IMG/VR virus record: IMGVR_UViG_3300027763_002499
Location: 1-64,000 of that record
Origin: a virus
Length of the DNA: 64,000 nucleotides
Strand: one strand, 5' to 3'
The notes below the pieces were generated by a model. That model was not told where the DNA came from and made no database searches. It was given only the letters and a program-made list of their open reading frames with translations. This document shows, piece by piece, positions 17,856 through 28,361 of this stretch (positions within the stretch are counted from its first letter, which is position 1; every line of letters begins with the position of its first letter). The translations under genes were made by a program, and so were the position numbers.

Positions 17856-18485
17856 TTACACAGGACTTCGTATTCTTTCAAATCTTTCGATGAAATCTCC
17901 ACATTGTAGGCGCATCATAGCGGCATCTTCGGCACTGTAAAGATAAAGATGTAATGGCTGTCCCCATCCATAAATTCTAGGCAGTTTTTCAGCTCCTAGA
18001 ATAGTTTTTAGCAGTCCGGCGGCATGCCAATCGTTTTCATCAAGACCATTAACTGCGCCTTTAAATAACTCAACGCCGTTTTGCCTAAAATTTTCATTGT
18101 AATTAATACGGGCACGAATAGGAAAACGACCATACCATAATGTTTTTCTAATAATGTCATACCCATGCAATAACATTAAATCTTTGGCTGTGTCATTCTC
18201 TGGCTGCCAAATTTCAATAATAGAATGTTCAAATTCATCTAAGACTTTTTCTAGGTCTTCGACGGTGTTTAAGAATATGCTCAGATTTGATTCAGCACGA
18301 ATGCCAGCTTCGGGCATATTTTTACTGAACCAATCTTTAATTAAAGATATATTAACTCTTCGCTTATCCAAATCGTCCCTTTGCATACGATGACCATAGT
18401 ATGCATTTCGTGCAGGTTCAATTTTAATGATAACCTTGATTGGCCATTTTTTCCAAAACAGACGTTGAGTATGTTGTATTTTCAT
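17856..18485 (-). CDS. hypothetical protein
   Basis: 209 aa ORF coupled to the clpA stop (TAATG). Confidence 0.65.
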   Translation of the reverse strand: MKIQHTQRLFWKKWPIKVIIKIEPARNAYYGHRMQRDDLDKRRVNISLIKDWFSKNMPEAGIRAESNLSIFLNTVEDLEKVLDEFEHSIIEIWQPENDTAKDLMLLHGYDIIRKTLWYGRFPIRARINYNENFRQNGVELFKGAVNGLDENDWHAAGLLKTILGAEKLPRIYGWGQPLHLYLYSAEDAAMMRLQCGDFIERFERIRSPV

Positions 18486-20701
18486 TATGCAATTACTAAC
18501 TTCTCATCCGCACAAGTAATGTTGTGAATCGTAAATCCATCTTTGATAATACGTTTAGCAATTGGCAAACGAATTTCTTCATTGATCAATCGTTTCATTG
18601 GGCGAGCACCCATTGTCTCGCTGTATCCATGTGTAGACAAATAGTCCAAAGCGGCATTGTCATAGTTAATAGATTGACCTTGTTCAGACAATTGGTCTCT
18701 AATTTGCTTCATAAACTTGTCAGCAATACGATGAATAACTGATCTTTGCAAACGATTGAACTTGACCACAGCATCTAAACGATTGCGGAACTCAGGTGTA
18801 AAGAATCTCTTAACTGCTTCTTCGGTTGCACTATCATTCAACCCGCCACCAAATCCAATTACATTCTTTTCGCTGTCTGTAGCACCCAAGTTTGATGTTA
18901 AAATTACATAGGCATTACGAGCACTTACTTGCTTGTTATCACTGCCTGTAATAATACCATTGTCAAGTAAGCCAAGCAAGACTTGAATAACATTTGGGTG
19001 AGCCTTTTCAATCTCGTCAAACAATAACACACAATTTGGTACACGCTCTAATTCATTGATTAGCTTACCGCTACCAGTTTTACCCTCACCATAGCCAACA
19101 TAACCGGGTGGACTACCAATCAAGCTGGCAATTTTGTGTTGCTCTTGGTATTCACTCATATCAAAGCGCACAACTTCCATGCCCAGGCCTTCTGCCAATT
19201 GGTTAGCAAGTTCTGTTTTACCAGTACCAGTTGGACCAACAAACAAGAAGTTAGCCATTGGGCGATTTACCTCTTTAAGTCCCGACTTGGCAATATAAAC
19301 CATGTTCATGAGTTTTTCAATTGCTTCATCTTGCCCAAATACATTTGTACGCATACGGCTTTCAAGGTCAGCCACAGCAACATTCTTCTGCTCGCCCAAC
19401 TGCTCAATTGGCACACGAGTTAAGTCGCTTACTTCAGTTCTAATATTGTCTTTAGTTACTTCTGTACCGGCTTGAATGTTATTAACACGCAACCTAGACA
19501 TTGCCGCATCAATAATATCAATGGCCTTGTCAGGTAATTTCTTGTCCAGCATATACTTCATTGAGAGGTCAATTGCTAAATCAATTGCTTCTTCGCCAAT
19601 GCTTAGATTGTGATATTTTGCATACACCGGAGCAACTCTACGCAACATTACCTTGGTTTCTTCTACGCTAGGTTCGTTGACGTCAACTCTAGTAAATCGA
19701 CGCAACAATGCGCGATCTTTCTCAAAGTGTTCGCGGAATTCTTCATAAGTTGTACTACCAACACAACGAAGCTTGCCCTTTTCCAGGGATGGCTTTAACA
19801 AGTTAGCAACGTCCATGCTACCTTGCCCACCAGCACCAGCACCCATAATCATGTGGATTTCATCAATGAACAAGATTACGTCATCTCGTTCTTCTAATGC
19901 TTCTAGCACATGTTGCATACGTTCTTCAAAGTCACCGCGATATCTTGTACCAGCAAGTAATTTGCCAATGTCTAAACTATAAATTACTTTCTTTTTAAGT
20001 ACATCAGGAACTTCATTGCGGATAATAGCAACAGCAAGTCCTTCTACAATGGCTGTTTTACCTACACCCGGTTCACCAACCATGATAGCATTATTTTTCT
20101 TTTTACGAGTAAGCGTTTGCGCCAAGCGGAACACTTCCTTTTCACGACCAATTAAAGGATCAATAAGTTGTTTCTCGGCACTCTTGTTTAAGTTGGTTGT
20201 ATATTTGCCTAGAATCTTTTCACTGTCACGTTTTTTGGCTGTTTTACTTTCTTTACTATGTCCATCTTTTAATTTGCTAACATAATTAAGAATAGTTTCT
20301 TTATTAATACCATTTTTTGCCAAGAAGAAGTTAGCATGACTATTTTTTTCACTGGTCATGCTAATAAGCAAATCTAACGGCTCCATATGGCCGCGCCCAG
20401 TGAAGATTGCCTGTGTATATGCGCGATTAAAACAACGTTCCAATGTGGCTGTTTTGCGAGGCTTGGTTACGCCTTCAACACGAATGTCTTCCTGGATTCG
20501 TAACCAATCGTTAATCTCTTCTACCAAAGACATAACATCTACGTCGAGCTCGGTTAAGACATCTCGTATATCCTCTTCTTCAAGCATGACTCTTAAAATA
20601 TGCTCCAATGTAACATATTCATGCTCTCTACTAAGTGCGTCTTGGAACGCACGAGCAATAACTTCGTTGATACGATTGTTATTTTCTTGTTCTTGGGCCA
20701 T
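18485..20701 (-). CDS. clpA: ATP-dependent Clp protease ATPase subunit ClpA
   Basis: Clp N-domain (HEYVTLEH), two AAA+ modules GEPGVGKT and GPTGTGKT, FIDEIH, IGF loop, no ClpB middle domain. Confidence 0.92.
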   Translation of the reverse strand: MAQEQENNNRINEVIARAFQDALSREHEYVTLEHILRVMLEEEDIRDVLTELDVDVMSLVEEINDWLRIQEDIRVEGVTKPRKTATLERCFNRAYTQAIFTGRGHMEPLDLLISMTSEKNSHANFFLAKNGINKETILNYVSKLKDGHSKESKTAKKRDSEKILGKYTTNLNKSAEKQLIDPLIGREKEVFRLAQTLTRKKKNNAIMVGEPGVGKTAIVEGLAVAIIRNEVPDVLKKKVIYSLDIGKLLAGTRYRGDFEERMQHVLEALEERDDVILFIDEIHMIMGAGAGGQGSMDVANLLKPSLEKGKLRCVGSTTYEEFREHFEKDRALLRRFTRVDVNEPSVEETKVMLRRVAPVYAKYHNLSIGEEAIDLAIDLSMKYMLDKKLPDKAIDIIDAAMSRLRVNNIQAGTEVTKDNIRTEVSDLTRVPIEQLGEQKNVAVADLESRMRTNVFGQDEAIEKLMNMVYIAKSGLKEVNRPMANFLFVGPTGTGKTELANQLAEGLGMEVVRFDMSEYQEQHKIASLIGSPPGYVGYGEGKTGSGKLINELERVPNCVLLFDEIEKAHPNVIQVLLGLLDNGIITGSDNKQVSARNAYVILTSNLGATDSEKNVIGFGGGLNDSATEEAVKRFFTPEFRNRLDAVVKFNRLQRSVIHRIADKFMKQIRDQLSEQGQSINYDNAALDYLSTHGYSETMGARPMKRLINEEIRLPIAKRIIKDGFTIHNITCADEKLVIA

Positions 20702-20753
20702 AATTACCTTTTTAAGTTATGAAAATCTGCCAGCCTAGCATTTAACTATTTTA

Positions 20754-21563
20754 TTAAATTTTATTCAATATGTCAACAATTAGTCTGTTCTTATCTTCAG
20801 GATCGAGTCTTGGTATTTCTACTTCTACTTTAATAAAAGCATTGCCTCTTAGACTGGAGCCACGAATATTTAGCCCACGATTCTTGAGCCTAAGCTGGGT
20901 ACCAGGTTGAGTACCAGGGGGTATTGTAACTTCTATTTCTGATCCGCCAATTTCTTTAACAGTTATTGACCTGCCAAACATTGCTTCTAGGACATTGATT
21001 TTGTATGATGTTACTAAATCGTGATGACTGTTTGCGTTAATCTTCCAAACTGCATGTGGCATAATGTCCAATCTAGCATAAAGGTCACCTGGCGGTCGTT
21101 GTGGAAGCATTTGTGCTCCTCCGCCAGCATAGCGTATCTTAATATCTTTAGATGAACCAGCCGGAAAGGTTACGGTAATTTCTTTAACTGTTCCTTCGGG
21201 TGTTGTAAAATCTACAACTTTTGTAAATCCGTTGTGTGCTTCTTCCAAGGTTGCTTGTATACTAATTGTTATATCCGGATTCTTAACATCTTTTGCTTCC
21301 CAATGGAATCCAAAGTTTCCTGGATTAGCATGTCTGCCCATGTTAAAGAAATTACCAAAGTCTTTGAACCCACTGGCATTATTGAAAGACTCCTGTGAAG
21401 CCTGACCAGATGTAATAGCTTCGTATGCTTCTTTGATTTTTTTGAATTCATTTTCATCACCGCCGCGGTCAGGGTGATGTTTCATCGCTAGCTTCCGATA
21501 TGCTTGTTTAACTTCATCGTCACTTGCGCTACGTGTTAAACCTAAAACCTTGTAATAGTCCAT
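20754..21563 (-). CDS. dnaJ: DnaJ/CbpA-type co-chaperone
   Basis: J-domain DYYKVLG...KHHPDRGG; C-terminal domain IPPGTQPG; no Zn finger. Confidence 0.9.
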   Translation of the reverse strand: MDYYKVLGLTRSASDDEVKQAYRKLAMKHHPDRGGDENEFKKIKEAYEAITSGQASQESFNNASGFKDFGNFFNMGRHANPGNFGFHWEAKDVKNPDITISIQATLEEAHNGFTKVVDFTTPEGTVKEITVTFPAGSSKDIKIRYAGGGAQMLPQRPPGDLYARLDIMPHAVWKINANSHHDLVTSYKINVLEAMFGRSITVKEIGGSEIEVTIPPGTQPGTQLRLKNRGLNIRGSSLRGNAFIKVEVEIPRLDPEDKNRLIVDILNKI

Positions 21564-21596
21564 GTTGTTCAGTATGCCGAAGATACTGAGTGAAAG

Positions 21597-21881
21597 TTAT
21601 TTGACAGATTCAAAAATCTGCTTTTGATCCTTATACCACTCTTGCCATGCACTGGTTAATTCAGCACATTTATGGTATTTGGTATAGTTTTTAGTAACAG
21701 TAGTCATTAGCTCGCTTAGTTTGACTTCTTGCTTGCCAATTAGGTCTAGGTTACCGCACTCGGACATAAGTTCCGGTGGAGCCTCGGGAAACTGTCTAGC
21801 AACAGGCACTGAAACTGTCGCACAGCCAGTTAAGACCAATACAGTTGATGCTACAATTATTTTGGTAAAAAGTCTCGCCAT
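21597..21881 (-). CDS. putative o-spanin (Rz1-like lipoprotein)
   Basis: lipobox LTGC; Pro-rich FPEAPPELMSEC; overlaps the upstream membrane gene. Confidence 0.65.
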   Translation of the reverse strand: MARLFTKIIVASTVLVLTGCATVSVPVARQFPEAPPELMSECGNLDLIGKQEVKLSELMTTVTKNYTKYHKCAELTSAWQEWYKDQKQIFESVK

Positions 21882-22390
21882 GATTTCTTAGCCTTAGGCT
21901 CTGCGGCCTTGTTGATTTCGTTTGTTTTGATTGTGCTGTCTGCGCTTAGTACAACATCTTCAATGTTCTTACCACTAGCGCCAGCATCGTGTGCTTTAAT
22001 AGCGGCAGATGGTATTTTACAGTTTGCATCACTGGATGCTACTTCGCGGTCAATGTATTCTTTAACAACATCGCCTTTTTTCTCTACTATTTGTGTTCTT
22101 GTAACTATCTTGGTAACAACCTTGGTATTGACCTTGGCTGACTCTACTTTGCTTTCGGCAATTTTGTTTTCTAGTTCTGCTACTCTTGCTTTCCACTCGG
22201 TATCTTTAGCAATGCCACCTTCGTACCACACACCAAGTATAGTAAACAATACACCTGCAACTTGTATAGGTAATGAGTATTTGGCCACTACTGGTACCAT
22301 ACGTAATGCCCAACCTGTTAGAAGGGCCAATACACCTACAATTAAGATTAGGTGAAATACAAAATCAGGTAACCAGTTCAGTATCCACAT
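21857..22390 (-). CDS. putative i-spanin (Rz-like)
   Basis: N-terminal TM helices, coiled coil, C-terminal Cys; overlaps the lipoprotein gene. Confidence 0.6.
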   Translation of the reverse strand: MWILNWLPDFVFHLILIVGVLALLTGWALRMVPVVAKYSLPIQVAGVLFTILGVWYEGGIAKDTEWKARVAELENKIAESKVESAKVNTKVVTKIVTRTQIVEKKGDVVKEYIDREVASSDANCKIPSAAIKAHDAGASGKNIEDVVLSADSTIKTNEINKAAEPKAKKSWRDFLPK

Positions 22391-22398
22391 ATTGTAAT

Positions 22399-22620
22399 TT
22401 ATCCTTTGTGACGGAACATGATTCGACCTTTTGTTACATCGTAAGGACTTATTTCTAAGTCTACTAAATCACCAGGAATAATGGTAATTTTGTTCACACG
22501 TAACTTACCAGCCAAGTGCCCTAAAATCGAATGACCTGTTTCCAGTTCAACTTTAAATACTGCATTCGGAAGGGCCTCTACTATCCGCCCTTTCATTAAA
22601 ACGTTTTCTTGTTTTGCCAC
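22399..22620 (-). CDS. infA: translation initiation factor IF-1
   Basis: GTG start; EALPNAVFKVELETGHSILGHLAGKLR...GDLVDLEISPYDVTKGRIMFR. Confidence 0.92.
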   Translation of the reverse strand: MAKQENVLMKGRIVEALPNAVFKVELETGHSILGHLAGKLRVNKITIIPGDLVDLEISPYDVTKGRIMFRHKG

Positions 22621-22625
22621 AACTA

Positions 22626-23105
22626 TTAATATTTTGTTAGATTTTTCATACGCAAATACCAATCTCTACTTTCTGGAGGTAAAGCGTAAATCTTTGGATC
22701 TTGTATTATTTTATAGTTTAAATTCTCAATTGTCAAGTCATCTCGTTGTCCATCCATGGAGACAAACTTCCATTCTTCTGGACCTGTAACATGTTCAATG
22801 TCATTGACGATTTTCATAATCTTATCATTTATGCCAGGGATTCGTTTTAACTCAATATAAACATGGAACTTACCATTATCATCGCTGGCTTCGCTTACTT
22901 CTACATCATCAACATTGACCGGAGACCATTCTAAAAATGCACCCAAATCTTTAGCCGCATCCAAAGATGTGGTTTTAAAAGCAATGACTATTGTGCTTTC
23001 GTCGGTGCCCAATTTTGGTTTATAGCGATCAATTTCAATAAGTTGATCAACTGTGTCGCGAAGTTCCTCTGCGCGAAGATTCTCGTTAAGCTTGAACTTC
23101 TTCAC
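22626..23105 (-). CDS. hypothetical phage protein
   Basis: 159 aa ORF in operon. Confidence 0.65.
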   Translation of the reverse strand: MKKFKLNENLRAEELRDTVDQLIEIDRYKPKLGTDESTIVIAFKTTSLDAAKDLGAFLEWSPVNVDDVEVSEASDDNGKFHVYIELKRIPGINDKIMKIVNDIEHVTGPEEWKFVSMDGQRDDLTIENLNYKIIQDPKIYALPPESRDWYLRMKNLTKY

Positions 23106-23634
23106 TTGGTAGTTCTCCGTTCATGCTGTTATCTTCTTTTTGTAGACCTTGTTCACCATCTAGTTCTTCATCGTATGCTGATTCAATGCTGTCATAGTCA
23201 ATATCATCAGTGTCTTTGATATCTTCACTAACATCTAACAAGGTTTTAGGAATACGAATGTTAACCAAGTAAACCTTGCGTTTAATTGTTTTTGGTATGC
23301 GTTGTCCATCAACTGTGCTTACAATGTCATCTGGACCGCTTACCTTGCTAAATGTTTCTAACTCATCTTCGCCCATTTTAACCTTGCATCCGTTCTTAAT
23401 TAGGCGCATGGCAGCATCTGGATTTGGCATTAGTTTCTTTGGGTACATTAGTGTAAATTCTACCCAATGACGTTCAGTAAAGGGACCGTCAACAATTTCG
23501 CCTTTAATCCAGTTTTCATAAGAATATACATCTAAGCGGTCAAAAATACGATCGATTTCAACCAAGGTATCGATGACATTGGGACTACGGTGTATAGAGT
23601 CTAGGTTTTGATAGATTGTGTGTTGTTTTAACAT
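23086..23634 (-). CDS. hypothetical phage protein
   Basis: 182 aa, acidic tail; TAAATA just upstream. Confidence 0.65.
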   Translation of the reverse strand: MLKQHTIYQNLDSIHRSPNVIDTLVEIDRIFDRLDVYSYENWIKGEIVDGPFTERHWVEFTLMYPKKLMPNPDAAMRLIKNGCKVKMGEDELETFSKVSGPDDIVSTVDGQRIPKTIKRKVYLVNIRIPKTLLDVSEDIKDTDDIDYDSIESAYDEELDGEQGLQKEDNSMNGELPSEEVQA

Positions 23635-23806
23635 ATTAATATATTTAGCATATTACTGCCATAAACTAAGCCATCTTGACACTAGGTGTTAAATACTTTT
23701 GGTTCAACGATGAATCAACCCAACTGTTGGGTTGAAAGTCAAATTATTAATCAAGTCGATTTAATGCAATCAGCCCAACAACAATATCAATATTGTAAGG
23801 AGCAAG

Positions 23807-24562
23807 ATGAGAGCTAAACAGCAGAAACGTGCCCAACAGGACCGTAAAGCGGCGTTTAATGGTAACGCAGTCATCGATTTAAACCATTTTAGAGAGCATG
23901 AAGACAAACCTTCAAAGTATAAGAAAGTTGAAATTACTCCGCGTAATTTACGTCAAGAAGACTATCTTGCACACTTAGAAAATCACAACAAAAACATGGT
24001 GTTTGCACTTGGCCCAGCTGGTACAGGTAAAACACTCTTGGCCACATTGTGGGCTGTTAAACAGCTAAAAATGGGTGCAATTGATAGGATTGTTGTAACC
24101 CGTCCTGCGGTCAGTGTTGACGAACAACATGGCTTCTTACCTGGTGACTTGATGAGTAAGATGGCTCCCTGGACTCGCCCTGTATTTGATGTATTCCGCG
24201 AATACTGGAATTCTAAACAAATTGAGGGTATGATACAAGAAGGTGTTATTGAAGTTGCACCATTGGCCTATATGCGTGGCCGTACTTTTACTCGTAGCGT
24301 AGTGTTAGCAGACGAAATGCAGAACGCAACTCCAAGCCAAATGAAAATGTTACTGACACGTATTGGTGATGGTAGTAAGTTTATTATTACAGGCGACTTA
24401 GAGCAACATGACCGCGGTTATGAACACAACGGTTTAAAAGACTTTATGGAAAAAATGCTAGATAGTAAAAACGCTAACAGATTAGCAGTAGTGAAGTTTG
24501 AAATGAATCATGTTGAACGTCACCCTGCTGTAGCACAAATACTAGGTATCTATAACAATTAA
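23807..24562 (+). CDS. phoH: PhoH-family ATPase
   Basis: GPAGTGKT, TRPAV, GFLPG, PLAYMRGRT, DEMQN, LTRIG, GDLEQHD. Confidence 0.93.
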   Translation: MRAKQQKRAQQDRKAAFNGNAVIDLNHFREHEDKPSKYKKVEITPRNLRQEDYLAHLENHNKNMVFALGPAGTGKTLLATLWAVKQLKMGAIDRIVVTRPAVSVDEQHGFLPGDLMSKMAPWTRPVFDVFREYWNSKQIEGMIQEGVIEVAPLAYMRGRTFTRSVVLADEMQNATPSQMKMLLTRIGDGSKFIITGDLEQHDRGYEHNGLKDFMEKMLDSKNANRLAVVKFEMNHVERHPAVAQILGIYNN

Positions 24563-25155
24563 CCTGTTATAATCTTATAGGCCTGTGCCCAGTTATCAAT
24601 CCTGGGTACAGGTCCGTGATAAGAACGATTATGTTGATTGTTCATAAGCAATGGGTTTAGTCCATACTTGTAACCTAATTCAGCATTGCTTGGTTTGTCC
24701 TCAATCCAATAGTATCCTGTGTCTTGATAATTTTGAAGCTGAACACCCTTATCTCCATGCAATGGTAATACATAAAGTTCATCAATTACTCCGGGACCAA
24801 ATACTTTTTCAAAATTATCTTTGCGTAGACCATATGTCCAAGGATGTTCACCAGCAGTGGTAATTGTGATAATTTTCCAACCTTCTGCTTTGAAACGAAG
24901 CATATACTCTACGCTGTCTTTCCAAGGTACAAGGCCTCCGAAATCACTGCTTGAATTAAATCTTGCAATAAAATTTGTACCTTCATCTTGACTAACTCCG
25001 TATATTTTACCTACACTGTATTGATCTTCGGTGCCAGGTTTCTTGGTGTAACCTTGTTGCTTCATCCAACTTGTAAAACTTACTTCCCAATCTAACAACA
25101 CGCCATCTACGTCTGTGAGTAAAACTTTTTCCATTGTAATTTCCTTAATTTTCAA
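24559..25155 (-). CDS. HAD-family 5'(3')-deoxyribonucleotidase-like protein
   Basis: LTDVDGVL (DxD), WIEDKP. Confidence 0.75.
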   Translation of the reverse strand: MKIKEITMEKVLLTDVDGVLLDWEVSFTSWMKQQGYTKKPGTEDQYSVGKIYGVSQDEGTNFIARFNSSSDFGGLVPWKDSVEYMLRFKAEGWKIITITTAGEHPWTYGLRKDNFEKVFGPGVIDELYVLPLHGDKGVQLQNYQDTGYYWIEDKPSNAELGYKYGLNPLLMNNQHNRSYHGPVPRIDNWAQAYKIITG

Positions 25156-26084
25156 TTGTTACTTCTTGCCAGGCGTTCTAGTTCTACAAATGTAGCACTA
25201 AGATTAATTTCTGGATCTGCTGCCAAGCCATGATTTACCATGCCTTTGCGAATTAGCAATAGTGCCTGGTCTTGTGTATCCTCATTGGCTCCCCAAAGGT
25301 CTAAGTTGCGATACATGAAGCGGAACATGTCATCATATTCTTCAAGTGTGATTTGTTTGATGATTAAGTTACGTGCTTCACGTAACCTACCTTGACGGAA
25401 TAATTCTACCATGGCAATCTTATAATCACTTTCACTGTCTTCTACTTTTGCGGCTTCAAGTTTTCCACTTGTACTTCGCATTTGTACTGTATTAATTGCT
25501 TTACGCAAATCTGGGTAGCAGGCCTTTACATACATTTGTAAAGTGTCTGCATCAAGTTCAATACCTTCTGTCACAAGAATAGTAGCCAGTCTACGAGTAA
25601 AGTCTGTTTCGTCTAGCGTCTTAAATGAAATAGTCTGCAATCGACTGTGCAACGCTGGAATAATCTTGTTGGGATAGTTGCAAGTTAAAATAAATCGCAC
25701 ACCCTCATGATACTGTTCTAACATGCCACGCAAGATGCCTTGTGCTGGTGGTGTAATGTAATCAGCCTCATCTAGTAGCACCACCTTAAATGGCCCCATG
25801 CTCATTGTACTACAGAAGTTGTTGATCTTGTTACGCAAGAAGTCGACACCGTTATCACGACTTGCGTTAATGTGCAAAAACTCACTAGGGTCAACGCCCA
25901 GTTCGTTTACAAGTACCTTGGCCAATGTTGTCTTGCCAGATCCTGCTTTGCCTGCTAACAACAAATGTGGAATATATTGATCTTTGATCCAAGTCTGCAC
26001 CATGTGCTTCTGTTCGTTGTCAATCCATACATAATCATCTACGCCACTTGGACGATACTTTTCAACCCATAGTTCTTTCATCAT
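25152..26084 (-). CDS. sliding clamp loader subunit (RFC/T4 gp44-like)
   Basis: WVEKYRP, GKAGSGKTT, INAS, LLDEADY, FILTCNY. Confidence 0.92.
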   Translation of the reverse strand: MMKELWVEKYRPSGVDDYVWIDNEQKHMVQTWIKDQYIPHLLLAGKAGSGKTTLAKVLVNELGVDPSEFLHINASRDNGVDFLRNKINNFCSTMSMGPFKVVLLDEADYITPPAQGILRGMLEQYHEGVRFILTCNYPNKIIPALHSRLQTISFKTLDETDFTRRLATILVTEGIELDADTLQMYVKACYPDLRKAINTVQMRSTSGKLEAAKVEDSESDYKIAMVELFRQGRLREARNLIIKQITLEEYDDMFRFMYRNLDLWGANEDTQDQALLLIRKGMVNHGLAADPEINLSATFVELERLARSNN

Positions 26085-26347
26085 TATCCACCGTTAGTTA
26101 AAACCCACATAAAAATTTCTTCACCTTCAAGAAGCACCATTTCGTTTGCATATTTTAAACACTTAAATCTAAATTTGCGATCTATTAATTCAATCTCTAC
26201 CTTCTTGGGCGTAAATCTCAATACTTTGGCAACATGGAGGCCACCATCAGATACAGCAACATACTGTCCTTCTTTTAAGATTCTACCCAACAATTCTTTA
26301 TGAGTTGTTGTTGGATCAATGTGTTTTTGAGATTTTATCTTCTGCAT
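26084..26347 (-). CDS. hypothetical protein
   Basis: 87 aa; promoter TTGACA-17-TACAAT 5 nt upstream of ATG. Confidence 0.65.
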   Translation of the reverse strand: MQKIKSQKHIDPTTTHKELLGRILKEGQYVAVSDGGLHVAKVLRFTPKKVEIELIDRKFRFKCLKYANEMVLLEGEEIFMWVLTNGG

Positions 26348-26406
26348 GCTTTATTGTAGCAGATAGGATGCAGATTGTCAACGTTATTAGTTTTTAGTTT
26401 AACCAA

Positions 26407-26598
26407 TTACCAACTGTCAAAATCGGTAATGTCAACAGTTGTGTTTTTATTGTCAAACAGATCAAACGATACTTTTACAGTTGGACCTATGCCACTAGTG
26501 CTGGCACTGCTTATTTTGAATGCGTCTACTTCTTTAAAGTGTTCAGCAAGTTGAGCCAACTCGCGGATTTGCTTTTGCGTTAAGATTACATTTGTCAT
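26407..26598 (-). CDS. hypothetical protein
   Basis: 63 aa, ATGA overlap. Confidence 0.6.
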   Translation of the reverse strand: MTNVILTQKQIRELAQLAEHFKEVDAFKISSASTSGIGPTVKVSFDLFDNKNTTVDITDFDSW

Positions 26599-26828
26599 CG
26601 TGTTCCTTTTAGTGTTTCTAGCATAACTTCTTCACTGTGCTCTTGTAACCAATCTTCTTCGGGTGCAAATGTAGAACACTTTTTTAATTGACGCTCCACT
26701 TCCCAAAGAATTTGATAGAGCTTTTGTTTTTGTCCCCACTGGAAGTACCCATCCATGTAAGGGTCGGTGGCTTTATAGCCTATGCGTTGAATGTCCCAAA
26801 TGACATCGTTAATGCTTACGTCTTTCAA
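26595..26828 (-). CDS. hypothetical protein
   Basis: 77 aa, tightly packed. Confidence 0.6.
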   Translation of the reverse strand: MKDVSINDVIWDIQRIGYKATDPYMDGYFQWGQKQKLYQILWEVERQLKKCSTFAPEEDWLQEHSEEVMLETLKGTR

Positions 26829-26991
26829 ATAAACCTCGTACTGAGTTAATAAGGTTAAGGAATCTAGCTTTGAATGGATCGTTAATGATCTGTTCTGCTA
26901 GGCTAAGATGTTGTGGACATCGACCTTGCCTCCAGTCGCAAAGAGGAGAATATTCTTGTCTACAGGTTTTACACTTCGTCTGGCTCATCAT
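26809..26991 (-). CDS. small Cys-containing hypothetical protein
   Basis: CKTC...CDWRQGRCPQH. Confidence 0.55.
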   Translation of the reverse strand: MMSQTKCKTCRQEYSPLCDWRQGRCPQHLSLAEQIINDPFKARFLNLINSVRGLFERRKH

Positions 26992-27280
26992 CGCTTGCTA
27001 ATAAGATTTCGTTATTGTCAAGATGGACTAGCTTTAGCTTTTCGCCATTGTGTTCACATTCAAACTGGCGACTCCATCTACCATGTGCTACTAATACATA
27101 TTGACCAGGCTGTACCCAATCAATGTCTTCTCCGACTAATTTAACTTTTGCCCAGCGTGGTCGTACTCCATGGTCTTTACCGTTATCCGACTTTAGCACA
27201 ATACCGCCAGAAGATACACGTTCTCCTAGCCCAAGCAATTCAGCAAGAATTCTTTTTGGTAATGGTTTAATTTTACTCAT
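26969..27280 (-). CDS. groES: GroES-like co-chaperonin
   Basis: IKPLPKRIL...SSGGIVL...VKLVG...VQPGQYV. Confidence 0.8.
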   Translation of the reverse strand: MSKIKPLPKRILAELLGLGERVSSGGIVLKSDNGKDHGVRPRWAKVKLVGEDIDWVQPGQYVLVAHGRWSRQFECEHNGEKLKLVHLDNNEILLASDDEPDEV

Positions 27281-27659
27281 CTTGTTCCTTTAAGATAACT
27301 TCCATACTTCCATCTGAGTATGTGATTTCAATGGCAGGACCTTCGGGTGTATTGACTTCGGATTCTGACACAATTGTCACTGGTTCATTTACTGGAGTAA
27401 GGTCTTCGACAACAGGAGCATTTTTTACAGGAGCAATGTTTTCATCTGCTTTTAAACTAACACTTTGTTTCTCGTTAGATTTAATTACAGATGTAGCTCT
27501 GGAAATGGTCTGGCTTGGAATTTTAACATTTCCCTTGGCATCTATAATGTCTCCACGTGCATTCATTGAGATGTTGCTTACTGCTCTTACATTTCCGTTT
27601 TGTTCAACAAACGCGGCCATGTTAAATTCTCGTCCTCGATGTGTTTTATATCTGCTCAT
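27273..27659 (-). CDS. hypothetical phage protein
   Basis: 128 aa; MNARGDIIDAKG. Confidence 0.65.
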   Translation of the reverse strand: MSRYKTHRGREFNMAAFVEQNGNVRAVSNISMNARGDIIDAKGNVKIPSQTISRATSVIKSNEKQSVSLKADENIAPVKNAPVVEDLTPVNEPVTIVSESEVNTPEGPAIEITYSDGSMEVILKEQDE

Positions 27660-28126
27660 CTGATAAATTCCTCTATTCCTAAGTTATACTTAATTGGATT
27701 AATCTGGTGTAGTCCTACCAAATAAAGTAAAAAGGAACTAACAGAGCTTCCTCGACCTACACCCCACACAATTTTATTGTCTTTCATTACTTGAACCATG
27801 TAAATCATAAAACGCAACATATGAGTTAAGTTACGCTCTTGAAATAACTGTAGTTCTAATACAACACGCTCAGCTTCTTCCACTGTTGAAATCTTCTCAG
27901 CAAAGAATAAATCTAAATCTAAGTTTTGATAATGCTCGGGCATGGACCATTGCGTTACTGCTTCTTCTGGTGCAAGATCAATGCCAGGTGTGAATCTAAT
28001 GTCAAGACCTAGTTCTTTACATCCGCAGTCATACAATGACATAACCTCAGGGCTGACAAGTACTGGGCCGCTCTTGTCTTGATAAAGCAATTCAATAAGA
28101 TCCGAATCGGTCAATTTTACACTCAT
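27656..28126 (-). CDS. DNA polymerase III alpha (DnaE) fragment
   Basis: ERVVLEL...IVWGVGRGSSVSSFLLYLVGLHQINPIKYNL matches DnaE GRGS motif region; only 156 aa. Confidence 0.75.
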   Translation of the reverse strand: MSVKLTDSDLIELLYQDKSGPVLVSPEVMSLYDCGCKELGLDIRFTPGIDLAPEEAVTQWSMPEHYQNLDLDLFFAEKISTVEEAERVVLELQLFQERNLTHMLRFMIYMVQVMKDNKIVWGVGRGSSVSSFLLYLVGLHQINPIKYNLGIEEFIR

Positions 28127-28359
28127 TAGTTAATAATACTATCTTTAAAAGGATCACTGTCTTTGTCAGAATCCATTTTTCTCTTATAACCCAATTCCCA
28201 CATAGCATGTTTAATAGCTTCCATATGGGCATACATTTGATTCATAACTTCCTGGCTGGCACCAGCTGAATAGGCCGCATTATACTTTTTAGTAATTTCT
28301 GCTTGTTTAGTCATTAGTTCATCAAATGTCATTGTATAGTATGGTGCAAACATAGTCAA
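28126..28359 (-). CDS. hypothetical protein
   Basis: 77 aa helical ORF. Confidence 0.6.
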   Translation of the reverse strand: MTMFAPYYTMTFDELMTKQAEITKKYNAAYSAGASQEVMNQMYAHMEAIKHAMWELGYKRKMDSDKDSDPFKDSIIN

Positions 28360-28361
28360 CC

